From Dehalococcoidia bacterium (lineage in GTDB: Bacteria > Chloroflexota > Dehalococcoidia > Lucifugimonadales > VXLM01): 64,000 nucleotides of DNA. Of this stretch, positions 19,455 through 29,819 are shown one piece after another. The notes under the pieces are model-generated. The model did not search any database and had not been told where the DNA came from. It saw only the letters and a list, made by a program, of their open reading frames with translations. The position numbers were made by a program, and so were the translations under genes. Numbering within the stretch: the first letter of the stretch is position 1; each line of letters begins with the position of its first letter. The DNA lies in NCBI GenBank assembly GCA_963662435.1, contig OY759598.1, positions 2,078,507-2,142,506 of the forward strand. The letters run 5' to 3'.

Positions 19455-22319
19455 ATGTGGTCTATATTGTCGAACCTTAAGAAGTCTGTGGTATTGGTAC
19501 CCGTGGCCATCACGCTATTTCTGGCCACGGCATGTGGAACAGCGGAACCCGCGCCAACTGCTGTCCCAGCCTCGGAAATCGCCTCCATGGTGCGGCAAGC
19601 CGTTCAAGAGTCCGTACCGGCCCCGGCCGAGACCGGACCGAGCGCGGCGGAGATACAGCAGTTGATTGAAGCTGCGATTTCAAACGCTCCCTCGGGGGTG
19701 AGCGCGGCGGAGGTCCAGAAGCTGATTGAGGGGGCGGTGTCAAACTTCCCCGCGGGGGTGACTGCCGCAGATGTCCAGCAGGCTGTGGAAAACTCGGTCC
19801 GCGAGTCCACGGCCGGTCAACTTACAGCGGCCCAAGTTCAAACTATCGTGGACGCATCCATCAAGGCCCTCCCCGCGCCGTCGGTCGATACAGGGCAATT
19901 GCGAGGGCTCGTGCAAAGTGCCGTCCAAGAGTCCGTTCCTAAGGGCACAAGCGCAGAAGAGATTCAGAGGATGGTGGAGGCGGCAGTTACTGCGGCAGCG
20001 TCAGGCGGAGTAACACGCGGTGACATGGAGGCACTGATTGCCAAATCGGTGACCGATGTTGCGGCGGGACAGTTGAGCACGTCGGACGTGGAGAGGATCG
20101 TGGCCGCTTCCCTATCGGCGACAGAGTCGGCGATCGAGGAAGCCGCGATGGCGGCTAAGGAAGCTCAGAAGGCAGCCCAGAAGGCCGTAGAGGAAGCACA
20201 AATGGCAGCGGCAGCGGCGGTGCCGGCCTCATCATGCTACGTGGTTGGAACCGAGGCTAGCGACTGCCCGCCCGTGAGTGTCCGTACCTGGCAGGCGCCC
20301 ATAACACCTCCGGGGTCGTTCCCCTCCTACTTGTATGAGGGCCCCAGGCCCACGCAGTTCCAGGAATCTCCGATGTCCTATCAGCTGGTCAAGCAGGGCA
20401 AAATTCCTCCGGTTGAGGAGCGGCTGCCCGCGGCCGAGGACGTGCTGGTGCTGAACGTGATGAACGAGATCGGCCAGTATGGAGGCATGTGGCGAATCAC
20501 ACAGACGGGCAGCGTGATTGGCGATCTGGATGACAAGGCGGACTGCATGTACCGTGAGCCGAACGAGGTCGACTCGATTCCCGAGATATGCAAGTCCTTC
20601 CAGGTAAGCCCCGACGGAACGACGTGGACGTTTGAGCTTCGAAGAGGAACTAAGTGGTCCGACGGCGAGCCTATGACCATGGAGGACGTCAAATTCGCAT
20701 GGAATGAGCTGAATTTCAACAAAGAGTTTAACCCAATCGTTCAACCGCAGTATCGTGACGCGATCACCAACAACGAGGTCCAGTTCAACGTCGTGGACGA
20801 CACGACGTTCACTCTGACGTTCGACACGCCGAGTTTCACGCTCACGGACGGCAAGGCCCAACGGGGCTACTGGCGCAGCGGAAGTGGAGGGTTCAGCTGG
20901 TATGCTCCGAAGCACTTCCTTGCTGAGTTCCACCCCGATCACAGTACCGCGGCCAAAATCACCGAGCATCTGGGTCGATATGATCAAGAGACCTGGACCG
21001 CGCTGATGCAAAAGGTCACCAATCCCAGGGACATAGATATAGGGATCAAGGGGCCGAGCCTGAACGCGTGGTACCACGAGAGCATTCTCGACACCATAGG
21101 GTTCGACGCAAGGAACCATTTCTTCGTAGGCGTGGACCCCGAAGGGAACCAGCTTCCCTACATCGACAGGCGGACATCGGTACGAACGGAGGACCGTCCC
21201 GCAGCCGTCCTGCGCACGTTGGCGGGGGAGACCGACCAGAACTCCTGCTTGTCTTCGATCCCCGAGTTGCCCCTTTACGTGACGAACATGGAGAAAGGGG
21301 ACTACAGCCTGTACCACTGGCCGACGCCCGGCGGCAACGACGGGCCGATCTCCGTGAACCACACCTACAACGTCGACCCCGAAATAGGCAGGCTGCTGCG
21401 AACGAAGGACTTCCGCCGCGCCCTCTCCCTAGGGTTTGAGAGAAGCAAGATTAACGAGAATGTCTTCCTCGGGCTGGGCACGCCTCAGAACTGGGTTCCA
21501 CACCCCAGAACGCCTTTCTATCCGGGGGATGACCTGGCTAAGCTCGAGATCGAGTTCGATCAGGCCAAGGCCAACCAAATCCTGGACTCTCTCGGTCTGA
21601 TGGATACCGATGGCGACGGGATCAGGAACCGCGCCGACGGCAAAAACATCAGCTTCCAAGTCGGAGTCAACGATGTGGAGAGCCCTGCGATCGCGGAGTT
21701 CGTAAAGCAGGACTGGGCGGATATCGGGATCGAGCTCAACTTCGATGTGGACCCCAGATGGTTCTTTAACATCAGGGACCACGGTACCTCCTACTTCGGT
21801 ATCAACGTGGACCATTCGACCTACCAGCACAACCCATGGAACGTTTCCTGGACCAGCTTGGCTCCGCTCACGCCTAGGATAAATTTCCCCGAAATAGGTC
21901 GCTGGTACCAAACGAGCGGCGAGCAGGGCATGGCTCCGGGGCCCGATTCCTCCTACATGCCGCTCGCCCCTGAGGGCAACTTCCCCGCCGACCCCTCCGG
22001 CAACATCATGAAGCTGGAGAATCTCTGGCAGCAGGGCAGGAATTTCTCCTTGTACAACCCCAATCGCCTTGAGATTGGCAAGGAGATCTTCTCCTTGCAC
22101 GCAACCGAGAAGTTCGACATACCCATGATCGCCTTCACCGGCGTTCGCAGAGGTATCGCTGTCGTGCGAAACAACTTCAGGAATGTTCCGCAGACGCACG
22201 TTAGGGACTGCTGGGGATTCTGGCGCGAGACGTACTACTTCGAGGATGGGGTCGACAACTTCCATCATCCAGGCAATAGGTCGAAGCTGTATAAGAGCAC
22301 CACCTTCTTCGGCAGCTAG
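19455..22319 (+). CDS. Family-5 ABC substrate-binding lipoprotein with long N-terminal helical repeat stalk
   Basis: RBS GAGGAGG, lipobox LATAC, PPVEERLP, WTFELRRGTKWSDGEP, DPEGNQLPYID, FRRALSLG. Confidence 0.9.
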   Translation: MWSILSNLKKSVVLVPVAITLFLATACGTAEPAPTAVPASEIASMVRQAVQESVPAPAETGPSAAEIQQLIEAAISNAPSGVSAAEVQKLIEGAVSNFPAGVTAADVQQAVENSVRESTAGQLTAAQVQTIVDASIKALPAPSVDTGQLRGLVQSAVQESVPKGTSAEEIQRMVEAAVTAAASGGVTRGDMEALIAKSVTDVAAGQLSTSDVERIVAASLSATESAIEEAAMAAKEAQKAAQKAVEEAQMAAAAAVPASSCYVVGTEASDCPPVSVRTWQAPITPPGSFPSYLYEGPRPTQFQESPMSYQLVKQGKIPPVEERLPAAEDVLVLNVMNEIGQYGGMWRITQTGSVIGDLDDKADCMYREPNEVDSIPEICKSFQVSPDGTTWTFELRRGTKWSDGEPMTMEDVKFAWNELNFNKEFNPIVQPQYRDAITNNEVQFNVVDDTTFTLTFDTPSFTLTDGKAQRGYWRSGSGGFSWYAPKHFLAEFHPDHSTAAKITEHLGRYDQETWTALMQKVTNPRDIDIGIKGPSLNAWYHESILDTIGFDARNHFFVGVDPEGNQLPYIDRRTSVRTEDRPAAVLRTLAGETDQNSCLSSIPELPLYVTNMEKGDYSLYHWPTPGGNDGPISVNHTYNVDPEIGRLLRTKDFRRALSLGFERSKINENVFLGLGTPQNWVPHPRTPFYPGDDLAKLEIEFDQAKANQILDSLGLMDTDGDGIRNRADGKNISFQVGVNDVESPAIAEFVKQDWADIGIELNFDVDPRWFFNIRDHGTSYFGINVDHSTYQHNPWNVSWTSLAPLTPRINFPEIGRWYQTSGEQGMAPGPDSSYMPLAPEGNFPADPSGNIMKLENLWQQGRNFSLYNPNRLEIGKEIFSLHATEKFDIPMIAFTGVRRGIAVVRNNFRNVPQTHVRDCWGFWRETYYFEDGVDNFHHPGNRSKLYKSTTFFGS

Positions 22320-22343
22320 CTAGATTTCTCGACTGAAGACGAG

Positions 22344-22382
22344 AAGAGGGGTCCGGGGTGTTCCCGGGCCCCTCTTTGATTT
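22344..22382 (+). terminator. Intrinsic terminator
   Basis: AAGAGGGGTCCGGG-loop-CCCGGGCCCCTCTT followed by T-rich tail, 25 nt after the stop. Confidence 0.75.
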
Positions 22383-22600
22383 CCCGGCGAACGAAGCCTT
22401 CGACTCCTGACGGCTTATGGGATTTTGAGGAAGATTTTCCAAGCCCATCCAATCCGTGTGCGGCGTATCGTTAGCAGATTATTGGAACATACTTTTTGGA
22501 AAGTTCCGAAAACGTAACCCGCTACGAGCTTGAAGCGGACCGTGGATGAAGTGATACAAATGCAAGGACCACCACAGAGACGATCAGGGGGAGGGGTAGC

Positions 22601-22921
22601 ATGGCGGAAACTTTGAAGACGACGGACTCGGCGAAGCTGATGACGGAAAACCTCGATGTGTTGAGGGGATATGCGAAACGTGTGGTCGCGCACGGCGGGG
22701 TCCTGACGCGGGACGAAGAGCGCGGCAAGACCACTCGAATGACCGAGTATATGACAGAAGGGCGAAGAGCCGGCATCACCGACTCCGACCTTTATGGCCA
22801 GATCTTCGGCGACATGGTGCAGAGAGCAGAGTCGAATTGCGGATGCCCAACCTGCCGCAAACGTGCCGACCGCAAACGAAACGCGGCCTCCGGCGACGGG
22901 ATGGCTTCTAACGCACCCTAA
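22601..22921 (+). CDS. Hypothetical protein with CGCPTC motif
   Basis: RBS GGAGG, 106-aa ORF. Confidence 0.7.
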   Translation: MAETLKTTDSAKLMTENLDVLRGYAKRVVAHGGVLTRDEERGKTTRMTEYMTEGRRAGITDSDLYGQIFGDMVQRAESNCGCPTCRKRADRKRNAASGDGMASNAP

Positions 22922-23313
22922 CCTTCAACCGGCCATCGGCCGGGGACGTGATATGCCTCTTCCTCTCCCGGCCATGGCGGCATGGTGACGATCAGGATGC
23001 GAAGTGAAACGTTTCCGGTGTTCCTGAACTGAAAGTGAGCGCCTACGGGGATCGACAAGCTCACGCCCGGGGCAACGTCGTCAATCCGCTCGTCGGCGGC
23101 GTATTTACACCACATCTGGCCTGTCCCTTCGATGACGTACCAGACCTCCTCAACCGTCCTGTGGGCAACGGGCAAGGAGACTTCCCCCGGGTTCAGAGTA
23201 CAGTGAACCATGCTTCCTCGGCCCGTTGAGGACAACAGCCGTATTTCCGAGCCGTCCGGCGCGAGCGTGTCGTAGTTTTCGGGAAGGTTTCTTGGTTCAA
23301 ATTCTTGATTCAT
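22918..23313 (-). CDS. Cupin-domain protein
   Basis: APDGSEIRLL, HRTVEEVWYVIEGTG, IPVGAHFQFRN. Confidence 0.88.
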   Translation of the reverse strand: MNQEFEPRNLPENYDTLAPDGSEIRLLSSTGRGSMVHCTLNPGEVSLPVAHRTVEEVWYVIEGTGQMWCKYAADERIDDVAPGVSLSIPVGAHFQFRNTGNVSLRILIVTMPPWPGEEEAYHVPGRWPVEG

Positions 23314-23528
23314 TACGGATGGTTTGCGGCTGATTAGGCCCTTCCTTCGAAGCCAAGTCCGACGGGATACGGATCGTGAGATTGCCTGCTTCTTTGCAGT
23401 GCTGGCACTCAATGACCCTGTATCGAGTTGGGTTGCCACCCTCGCGGGAGCGACGGTTTGGGGGGTTATTGCGTGGGTGCTTCTGAATGACTACGGTTTA
23501 ATTGCCAGGTACGGGCGGTGTCTGAGAA

Positions 23529-24683
23529 CTACTTGTCGTAGGTGATGTTGGTGAAGAGGGTCTCCGGGCTGAACTGGGGTCGCCCATCCGTGAACCTCTC
23601 GATGCTGAAGAAGTCGAGGCCTGAGGCATCCCCCGTCTCGATGTAGTCGGCCATGTCAACGCCGGTTGCCGGGCTGAGGATGATGCCGACGTGGTCGTGA
23701 CCCGACGCGACACTCAGACCGTCCCATCCGGGCACGGGGCCGAGGATCGGCATCCCGTCGGGAGACCCGGGTCGAATTCCCGCTCTCGCTCCTACAAACT
23801 CAGCATCCCGCAGCATCGGGTATACGGCGGTGGCGTTGTTGAACATTTCCTGGACGGCCGCGGTGATCCGGTGATCGAAGACACCCTCCTCGCGGGTGGC
23901 GGCGGCCAGCATCGTGCCGTCGTTCCTCGGAATGACGCTCTGGATCGGACCGCTGGGAAGGAATCCCGGCATCCGCAGGGTGATGCGCTGGCCCTTTACC
24001 GGACGCACGGGAATGGTCTCCGGGAGCCAGCGACCCGCGAGACCGGTCCAGGCGCCTGCGGCGAGGACTGTATGGTTGGCATAGTGAGTTTCGTTAAGGA
24101 GGGTGCGGACGCCAATGACCCGGCTGCCGTCGAACTCGAGGCCCGTAACCTCAGTGCACTCCAGTATTACGGCGCCGAGCGAGGAGGCGGCATGTGCGAG
24201 CGAGTTGACGTATGCCTCGCCGCGTATGGAGCCTTCAATCGGAGAGAGTACGGCGCCCTGAGCTTCGGGGGTGATGTGCGGCTCGCGCTCGCGTAGCTCG
24301 TCGCGGTCTATCCAGTGAACACCAATGCCGAGTTCGCCCTGCCAGATGAGGTTTTCCTTGAGGACATCGTGCAGTTCGTCGGTGAGGGCGACCTTCATAA
24401 CGCCGGAATCGCGGTACTCAGGATCGACGCCCGCGACCTCGAGCTCCTCGATCAGCTTGGGGAACATGCCCAGGCTGCGCATCGCCATTTCGAAGTACGG
24501 TTCTATTGTGTGGTCGACGTACCAGATCGGGCCCACGATGCCAGCTGTAGCGCCGGACGCGCTCGACGCAAGGCGGTCCTTTTCAAAGACCGTGCTGCTG
24601 ATGCCACGTTTGCCGAGTTGGTAGGCAATTGAGCAACCGACAACTCCACCGCCAATTATGGCAACGTCGGTTGTTCGCGTCAT
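23529..24683 (-). CDS. FAD-dependent glycine oxidase/DAO-family oxidoreductase (ThiO-like)
   Basis: IIGGGVVG, ASGATAG, PVKGQ, GIRPGSPDGMPILG, GH..GIILSP. Confidence 0.88.
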   Translation of the reverse strand: MTRTTDVAIIGGGVVGCSIAYQLGKRGISSTVFEKDRLASSASGATAGIVGPIWYVDHTIEPYFEMAMRSLGMFPKLIEELEVAGVDPEYRDSGVMKVALTDELHDVLKENLIWQGELGIGVHWIDRDELREREPHITPEAQGAVLSPIEGSIRGEAYVNSLAHAASSLGAVILECTEVTGLEFDGSRVIGVRTLLNETHYANHTVLAAGAWTGLAGRWLPETIPVRPVKGQRITLRMPGFLPSGPIQSVIPRNDGTMLAAATREEGVFDHRITAAVQEMFNNATAVYPMLRDAEFVGARAGIRPGSPDGMPILGPVPGWDGLSVASGHDHVGIILSPATGVDMADYIETGDASGLDFFSIERFTDGRPQFSPETLFTNITYDK

Positions 24684-24781
24684 ATTCCGTCACCCCGGGA
24701 AACGACGTTAGTCAACGTCAGGCGGCCTGGAAAGGACTTCAATTCAAGGAATGGCGATCCGTTGTAGGAAACCACGTTGCC

Positions 24782-25537
24782 TTAGTCGACGGAGATCAGA
24801 CGCTCGAGGTTGCCGGCGCAGATGGCTCGCAATTCCTCGTCCGACAGACCGCTTCGGTGAAGGCTGTAGAGCATCGGGGCCATCGGGGAATCGGGGAAAC
24901 GAGAGCCGAACAGGACTCGGTCCGCACCGATGGCGTCTATCAGGGTGTTGACACCGTCGGGGATCAGAAACCGCGAGATCTCAATCGAGAGACTCGGCAG
25001 ACTCTTAAGAATTGGGACCGCCCACCCGATGTTGGTGTAATGGACCTCGCTCAGCACGATCTTGGTATCGGGGAAGTTCTTCATGGTGTCATGGAGGTCG
25101 ACGGGGTCGAACTGGGTCGCGTCGAGCCACAGCGGCAGGTTCTCCGACGCGAGCCACTCCAGCCACGGACCGACGACCCAATCGCGGAAGGGGAAGCGGT
25201 GCTTATCCGGCGCCATCCGCACCGAGCGTACACCCAACTCATGGAGGGTCGCGCCGAATGCCTCCATGTCGTCGTAGCTGGGGTTGACGGCAAACTGTGG
25301 GACAAGTCGCGACTGCCCGCGGATCTGCTCCATGAGTAACTCGTTGCCCTGTTCGGCATCGAAGTCTATCGAGTGCGGGGAGTAGACCAATGCCTTGTCG
25401 ACTCCCGCCTTGTCCATGACATCGAGGGTGCCCTCCACCGTGTCCTCGCGGACGTAACGATCGAAGCGCCTCCCAAGCGCAACACAAGCGTCGAAGGTCG
25501 GCACTGAAGACTTGAAGTGGAGGTCTACCTCGCCCAT
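24782..25537 (-). CDS. Amidohydrolase-superfamily protein with degenerate metal ligands
   Basis: TIM-barrel amidohydrolase pattern ending GADRVLFGSRFP; HxH and Asp ligands not evident. Confidence 0.75.
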   Translation of the reverse strand: MGEVDLHFKSSVPTFDACVALGRRFDRYVREDTVEGTLDVMDKAGVDKALVYSPHSIDFDAEQGNELLMEQIRGQSRLVPQFAVNPSYDDMEAFGATLHELGVRSVRMAPDKHRFPFRDWVVGPWLEWLASENLPLWLDATQFDPVDLHDTMKNFPDTKIVLSEVHYTNIGWAVPILKSLPSLSIEISRFLIPDGVNTLIDAIGADRVLFGSRFPDSPMAPMLYSLHRSGLSDEELRAICAGNLERLISVD

Positions 25538-25783
25538 GTTGGCTCCTCATATACCTGCGGCGGATTAGAGACGCGCCGGAAGGTGCTTGAAACGACCGAT
25601 GGAGTGTAGCAATCGCTGTGGTGCCCGTCAACAGAGACTGACGACTCGGGCCCGACGTCACCCCTTCAGCTAGCAGGGCAACCCTCAGTAATTCATGGAA
25701 TGGTTGTGCTCGGGTGCACCCGCATCGACCCGAAGTATGGTGATACACTTCGGCAGCCGTTCGTCGGCTACTTGGAGGTCCCG

Positions 25784-27517
25784 TTGGCATCGGCAAATCC
25801 CAACGAAACGATCCGTTTCGAGCCCGACGAGAATTGTTCCCCTCTCGTTGCAATTGGAGTCGGAGCCCAGGGCATAACGCTGGTGCTTGCTCCGACGGTC
25901 TTGATCGTGGCCGTTACCGTTTTGGCAACGGGCCAGGGGGACGAGTACCTGCCGTGGGCGGTATTCGCGACGCTGCTGATCGTCGCTGCAGTCATCATGC
26001 TGCAGGCGGCCAAGATTGGGAGGTTGGGAGGGGGCCACTTGCTGGTCGTCGGGGTTACTCCCAACTTCATCGCCGTATCCGTGATCGCGTTGGAGGAGGG
26101 CGGGCCCTCCATGTTGGCAAGCCTCATCGTCCTCTCCTCGATCTTCTACCTGGCGGTTGCGATGTGGCTGCCTATGTTGAGGCGAGTGATCACACCTGTC
26201 GTGTCGGGTACCGTTCTGATGCTGATAGCGGCAACGATTCTTCCAATCTGCTTCGATAGGCTGCAGGAGGTACCGGAAGGGGCGTCGACGGCGGCGGGTC
26301 CGGCTGTTGCCGCGGTCACTCTGGTCGTATCAACGCTATCCATCCTGCGGGGCCCGGGAATCATGCGGCCGCTCTCGCTGCTCATTGGGATCTGCGCCGG
26401 GTGTGCCGTCGCCATTCCGTTCGGACTGTACGACCTCGCACCCTTGTACGAGGCACGCTGGATTGGAATCCCCGAATTGCAGTTCCCGGGTCTGGACCTG
26501 GCGCCTTCCGTAGGCTTCTGGGCCTTGCTGCCGATGTTCTTGGTCGTGACCCTGGTACAAGCCATCAAGGGAATCGGCGACGCCTCCGTCGTGCAGCACG
26601 TAGCCAGGAGAAAGCCTCGGGCGACCGACTATCGCATGATTCAAGGGTCAGTCCTGGCGAATGGACTGGGGATATTGATGTCAGGGATCGCAGGAACACC
26701 GCCCTCGTCCACCTATTCTTCGCTAACGGTTTCCCTCGTTAACCTCACAGGAGTGGCCGCGCGCACCGTCGGCTATGCGATGGGCGGAATCCTGTTGGTG
26801 CTGGCCCTTTTCCCTAAGCTAACGGGAACATTGTTAATCGTCCCCAGCCCTGTTATGGGTGGGTTCCTGTTAGTAGCAATAGGCATGTTCTTTGTTGAAG
26901 GGATACACACGCTCTCGCGGGCCGAGCTGGACCTTCAAAAGGCGCTCGTGGCAGGACTTGCATTCGCCATTGGTCTGGGGATGCAGAATCAGACCTTTCT
27001 CCAAGACCTGCTGGGAAGTCCCTGGGGAGCACTGCTTGGCAACGGAATCACCGTAGGAGCCGCAACAGCCATTGGGCTAACGGCGTTCTTGGAATTAACT
27101 AGCCCGCGACGCAAGCGCCTTAGGGTCTCCTTGGATATGGCAGACCTTCCTCGGGTCGATGCCTTCCTCGGAGAGACCGCGGCCAAGTTGGGTTGGGAGG
27201 CAGGTCCAACGGAGCGACTGCGGTCCGCGGGTGAGGAGACCCTTTCGAGCTTGCTGCAGGAAGCGAAGCAGGACCCGCCGGATAGGACTCCAAGTCTCAT
27301 CATTTCCGCACGTCCCGAGGGAGCAGCGGTAGAGTTGGAGTTCGTCACGGCCTCTGAAGAAGATAACATGGAAGACCGGCTTGCGTATCTCGACGATGAA
27401 TCCGAAGTGGATGACGACAGGGAGATATCATTCCGGCTGCTGCGACATTACGCATCTTCGGTCAAGCACCAGAAGTACCACGGCATGGATATTGTTGCAG
27501 TGAGGGTCGACCGTTAG
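25784..27517 (+). CDS. NCS2 (xanthine/uracil) permease with extra C-terminal soluble domain (SupE-like)
   Basis: GGAGG before TTG start; many TM helices, ITPVVSGTV, PSPVMGG; about 140-aa soluble tail. Confidence 0.85.
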   Translation: MASANPNETIRFEPDENCSPLVAIGVGAQGITLVLAPTVLIVAVTVLATGQGDEYLPWAVFATLLIVAAVIMLQAAKIGRLGGGHLLVVGVTPNFIAVSVIALEEGGPSMLASLIVLSSIFYLAVAMWLPMLRRVITPVVSGTVLMLIAATILPICFDRLQEVPEGASTAAGPAVAAVTLVVSTLSILRGPGIMRPLSLLIGICAGCAVAIPFGLYDLAPLYEARWIGIPELQFPGLDLAPSVGFWALLPMFLVVTLVQAIKGIGDASVVQHVARRKPRATDYRMIQGSVLANGLGILMSGIAGTPPSSTYSSLTVSLVNLTGVAARTVGYAMGGILLVLALFPKLTGTLLIVPSPVMGGFLLVAIGMFFVEGIHTLSRAELDLQKALVAGLAFAIGLGMQNQTFLQDLLGSPWGALLGNGITVGAATAIGLTAFLELTSPRRKRLRVSLDMADLPRVDAFLGETAAKLGWEAGPTERLRSAGEETLSSLLQEAKQDPPDRTPSLIISARPEGAAVELEFVTASEEDNMEDRLAYLDDESEVDDDREISFRLLRHYASSVKHQKYHGMDIVAVRVDR

Positions 27518-27583
27518 CTTGACCCGGTCGGATAGAACCACCCACTCCTGAATCGCAATCGTAGAACCAGAACTGTTCAACGT

Positions 27584-28492
27584 CTAGACGAATTCACTCT
27601 CGACAAGGAAATCCTGCAGGGCCTCAGCGCACTGCTCCGGCTCTTCCAGCTGGAGAAAGTGCGTGGCCTCCGGCAAGAAATCGTAGTCTACGGTCATGAT
27701 ATCGCTGAGGTCGAGGGTCGGGAGATAAGAGTATGGAAGGGTGGGGTCTGCCCCAATGACCTTCGTCGGACACTTCATCGAACTGAAGTCGATTAGCACA
27801 GCATAGATTCCGGCGTAATCTAACATCTGTGCCTCGTATTCGCGGGGACACCGGAGCACATAACCCTCTTCACCGGCGGCCTCACGCAACGTCGTTCTCG
27901 CAAACAGATCGTTGACACCCGGCGCCACACGTCGAAATGGCGGCAGATAGCTGAGAAGCTCAGAAAAGGACTCCAAAGTCTTGAATCGATGTGAGCGTTG
28001 CCGGGTCAAAGCGACGACCCTGGCAGTCGCCTCCTCAAATTCGAAATAGCTTCGACCCGGTTTGCACAGTGGAGGGTCAAACAGTACTCGCGCTCTATAG
28101 TCGCTGCCTTTCGTGGCGGACAAGAGCGATATCAGCCCGGATACCGAATGAAAAACTCCTACTTTGGGCTTCACTCCGAAGTGACGATCGATAGCATCGA
28201 CAATGTTGTCGTGATCGCTAACCAGCGTAGGGATGTTGTGGTTCTCAATAGCGCTGACAGTGTTCCAGCCGTGGTTCCTGAGGTCGTAGACTATTACGTC
28301 AAAAACATCGGTCAATAGAGACCAGAATGGGTAGTAGAGGTCGATCGCAAGACCGTTGCCGTGGGTGAGCACGAGTCGAGGGCCATCGGGGTTTCCGTGA
28401 CGGCGCAAGGTGATTACAGTGTCGTCGTCAACGCGAACATCCAACGTGGAAAGCGGCTCAGGCACCTCCCAGACGGTCTCCGGGTTCGTCAT
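27584..28492 (-). CDS. Alpha/beta hydrolase (SupD-like)
   Basis: HGNG, YDLRNHG, atypical nucleophile elbow FHSVSG, HFLQLEEP; overlaps the PPTase stop. Confidence 0.88.
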   Translation of the reverse strand: MTNPETVWEVPEPLSTLDVRVDDDTVITLRRHGNPDGPRLVLTHGNGLAIDLYYPFWSLLTDVFDVIVYDLRNHGWNTVSAIENHNIPTLVSDHDNIVDAIDRHFGVKPKVGVFHSVSGLISLLSATKGSDYRARVLFDPPLCKPGRSYFEFEEATARVVALTRQRSHRFKTLESFSELLSYLPPFRRVAPGVNDLFARTTLREAAGEEGYVLRCPREYEAQMLDYAGIYAVLIDFSSMKCPTKVIGADPTLPYSYLPTLDLSDIMTVDYDFLPEATHFLQLEEPEQCAEALQDFLVESEFV

Positions 28493-29226
28493 GTGGCTAC
28501 TGGTCTTTCGGTGCTTTCTGCAGTCCTGCCTTCATAGGCGATTGCGGCAGCGAAACAATCGTTACCCAGGTCTTCCACTTCCCACATGACCTCCGGCGAT
28601 TGAGGCAACTGCATTTCTATCGAGACCTTGCCGTAGAGCATATCATGAGGAATCTCGAAACTAGAAACGTTGAGCGCAAAACCCATCCCCTGAGCCTTGA
28701 TAAGGGCTTCCTTTATCGTCCAGAGTCGGAAGAACAGGTGAAGCTTCCCGTATCCCTGGGCAGACGCCAACTCCGCCTGTTCGGTCTTGCCAAAGACGCC
28801 CTGTATGAGGAGGTCCATATTATGGTGGGCGACTCGCTCTTCCACGTCAATGCCTATCCGTCCTTGCGGCGCGATGGCGATAAGTCCATGCCTGCCGCTA
28901 TGACTGACGTTGAAGCTGATGGAAGCCGGCTTCCCGTCTACATGAGCAACCGGCTTCCCATGCACAGTGGTCTCGAAATCCAACCGCTCATTCTCACAGT
29001 CGAGCCGGTTGGTGATAGTAGCGCGAAGAGCCGCGCGACAAAGAGCATATCGTCGGCGAGGTCCATCAAACAAGAACCTCTCCAACCGTTCACGCTCCCG
29101 TTCATCAAGCCACGCTAGGGCGGCAGACTCGCGGGCAGGATTCTCACTCAGATCGACGTACAGTACCGTAGCCGCGTCAATGGTCCTGAACGGCCGCCAC
29201 CAGCGCAAGGCTTGGGAGGCATGCAT
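28489..29226 (-). CDS. Sfp-type 4'-phosphopantetheinyl transferase (SupC-like)
   Basis: HGKP, FNVSHSG, IGIDVE, WTIKEALIKA. Confidence 0.93.
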   Translation of the reverse strand: MHASQALRWWRPFRTIDAATVLYVDLSENPARESAALAWLDERERERLERFLFDGPRRRYALCRAALRATITNRLDCENERLDFETTVHGKPVAHVDGKPASISFNVSHSGRHGLIAIAPQGRIGIDVEERVAHHNMDLLIQGVFGKTEQAELASAQGYGKLHLFFRLWTIKEALIKAQGMGFALNVSSFEIPHDMLYGKVSIEMQLPQSPEVMWEVEDLGNDCFAAAIAYEGRTAESTERPVAT

Positions 29227-29283
29227 AGTCGTTCAATGCTCACAGGGAGCGACGGGGGAGATTCACTCTCGAAGAGCGAATAA

Positions 29284-29529
29284 CTACTTCATCTGGCCGT
29301 CGAGACACTTCACCAAGTCGTCCAGAGAATTGAGCGACGCACAAACCTCGGGCGTAAAGTTGATATCGAAATCCTGAGCAACCACCTTTGCAAAGGCGAC
29401 GATGTCCATAGATGACACGCCAACGTCTGAGAGTCCCTGGCTAAAGTCCACAGGTTGAGGCAACGGCTTTCCGTCGACCTCAAGATTCTCGGCCAAGAGG
29501 GTTCTAATGCGGTCTTCGGTTGATGCCAT
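29284..29529 (-). CDS. Stand-alone acyl carrier protein (SupB-like)
   Basis: 81-aa acidic protein with LSDVGVSSMDIV attachment-like motif; RBS GGGAG; upstream of the PPTase. Confidence 0.82.
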   Translation of the reverse strand: MASTEDRIRTLLAENLEVDGKPLPQPVDFSQGLSDVGVSSMDIVAFAKVVAQDFDINFTPEVCASLNSLDDLVKCLDGQMK

Positions 29530-29819
29530 GCAGTTATTCTCCCAAATTTCTGGATACGCTCTAAAGCGCTCGGAAGAATAGCAATTGATGCGCATGAAGT
29601 CAACACAGCCAACGTAGCGATGATGATAAATGAGCACGAATACTCTGATGGATCCATCAATCCATTTGACCTACCGGATGGTGTGACGCTTTTGGAATAA
29701 AGTGGCCAACAAGACTCGAACGGGAGGAGGGAAAAGCAACTAGGCCATGATTCTCCCGATAGTCCCCCCATCGAAGTAAGGAGACCCCCTTGTCAGTCAT
29801 ACACGGCCACTTCAGAACC

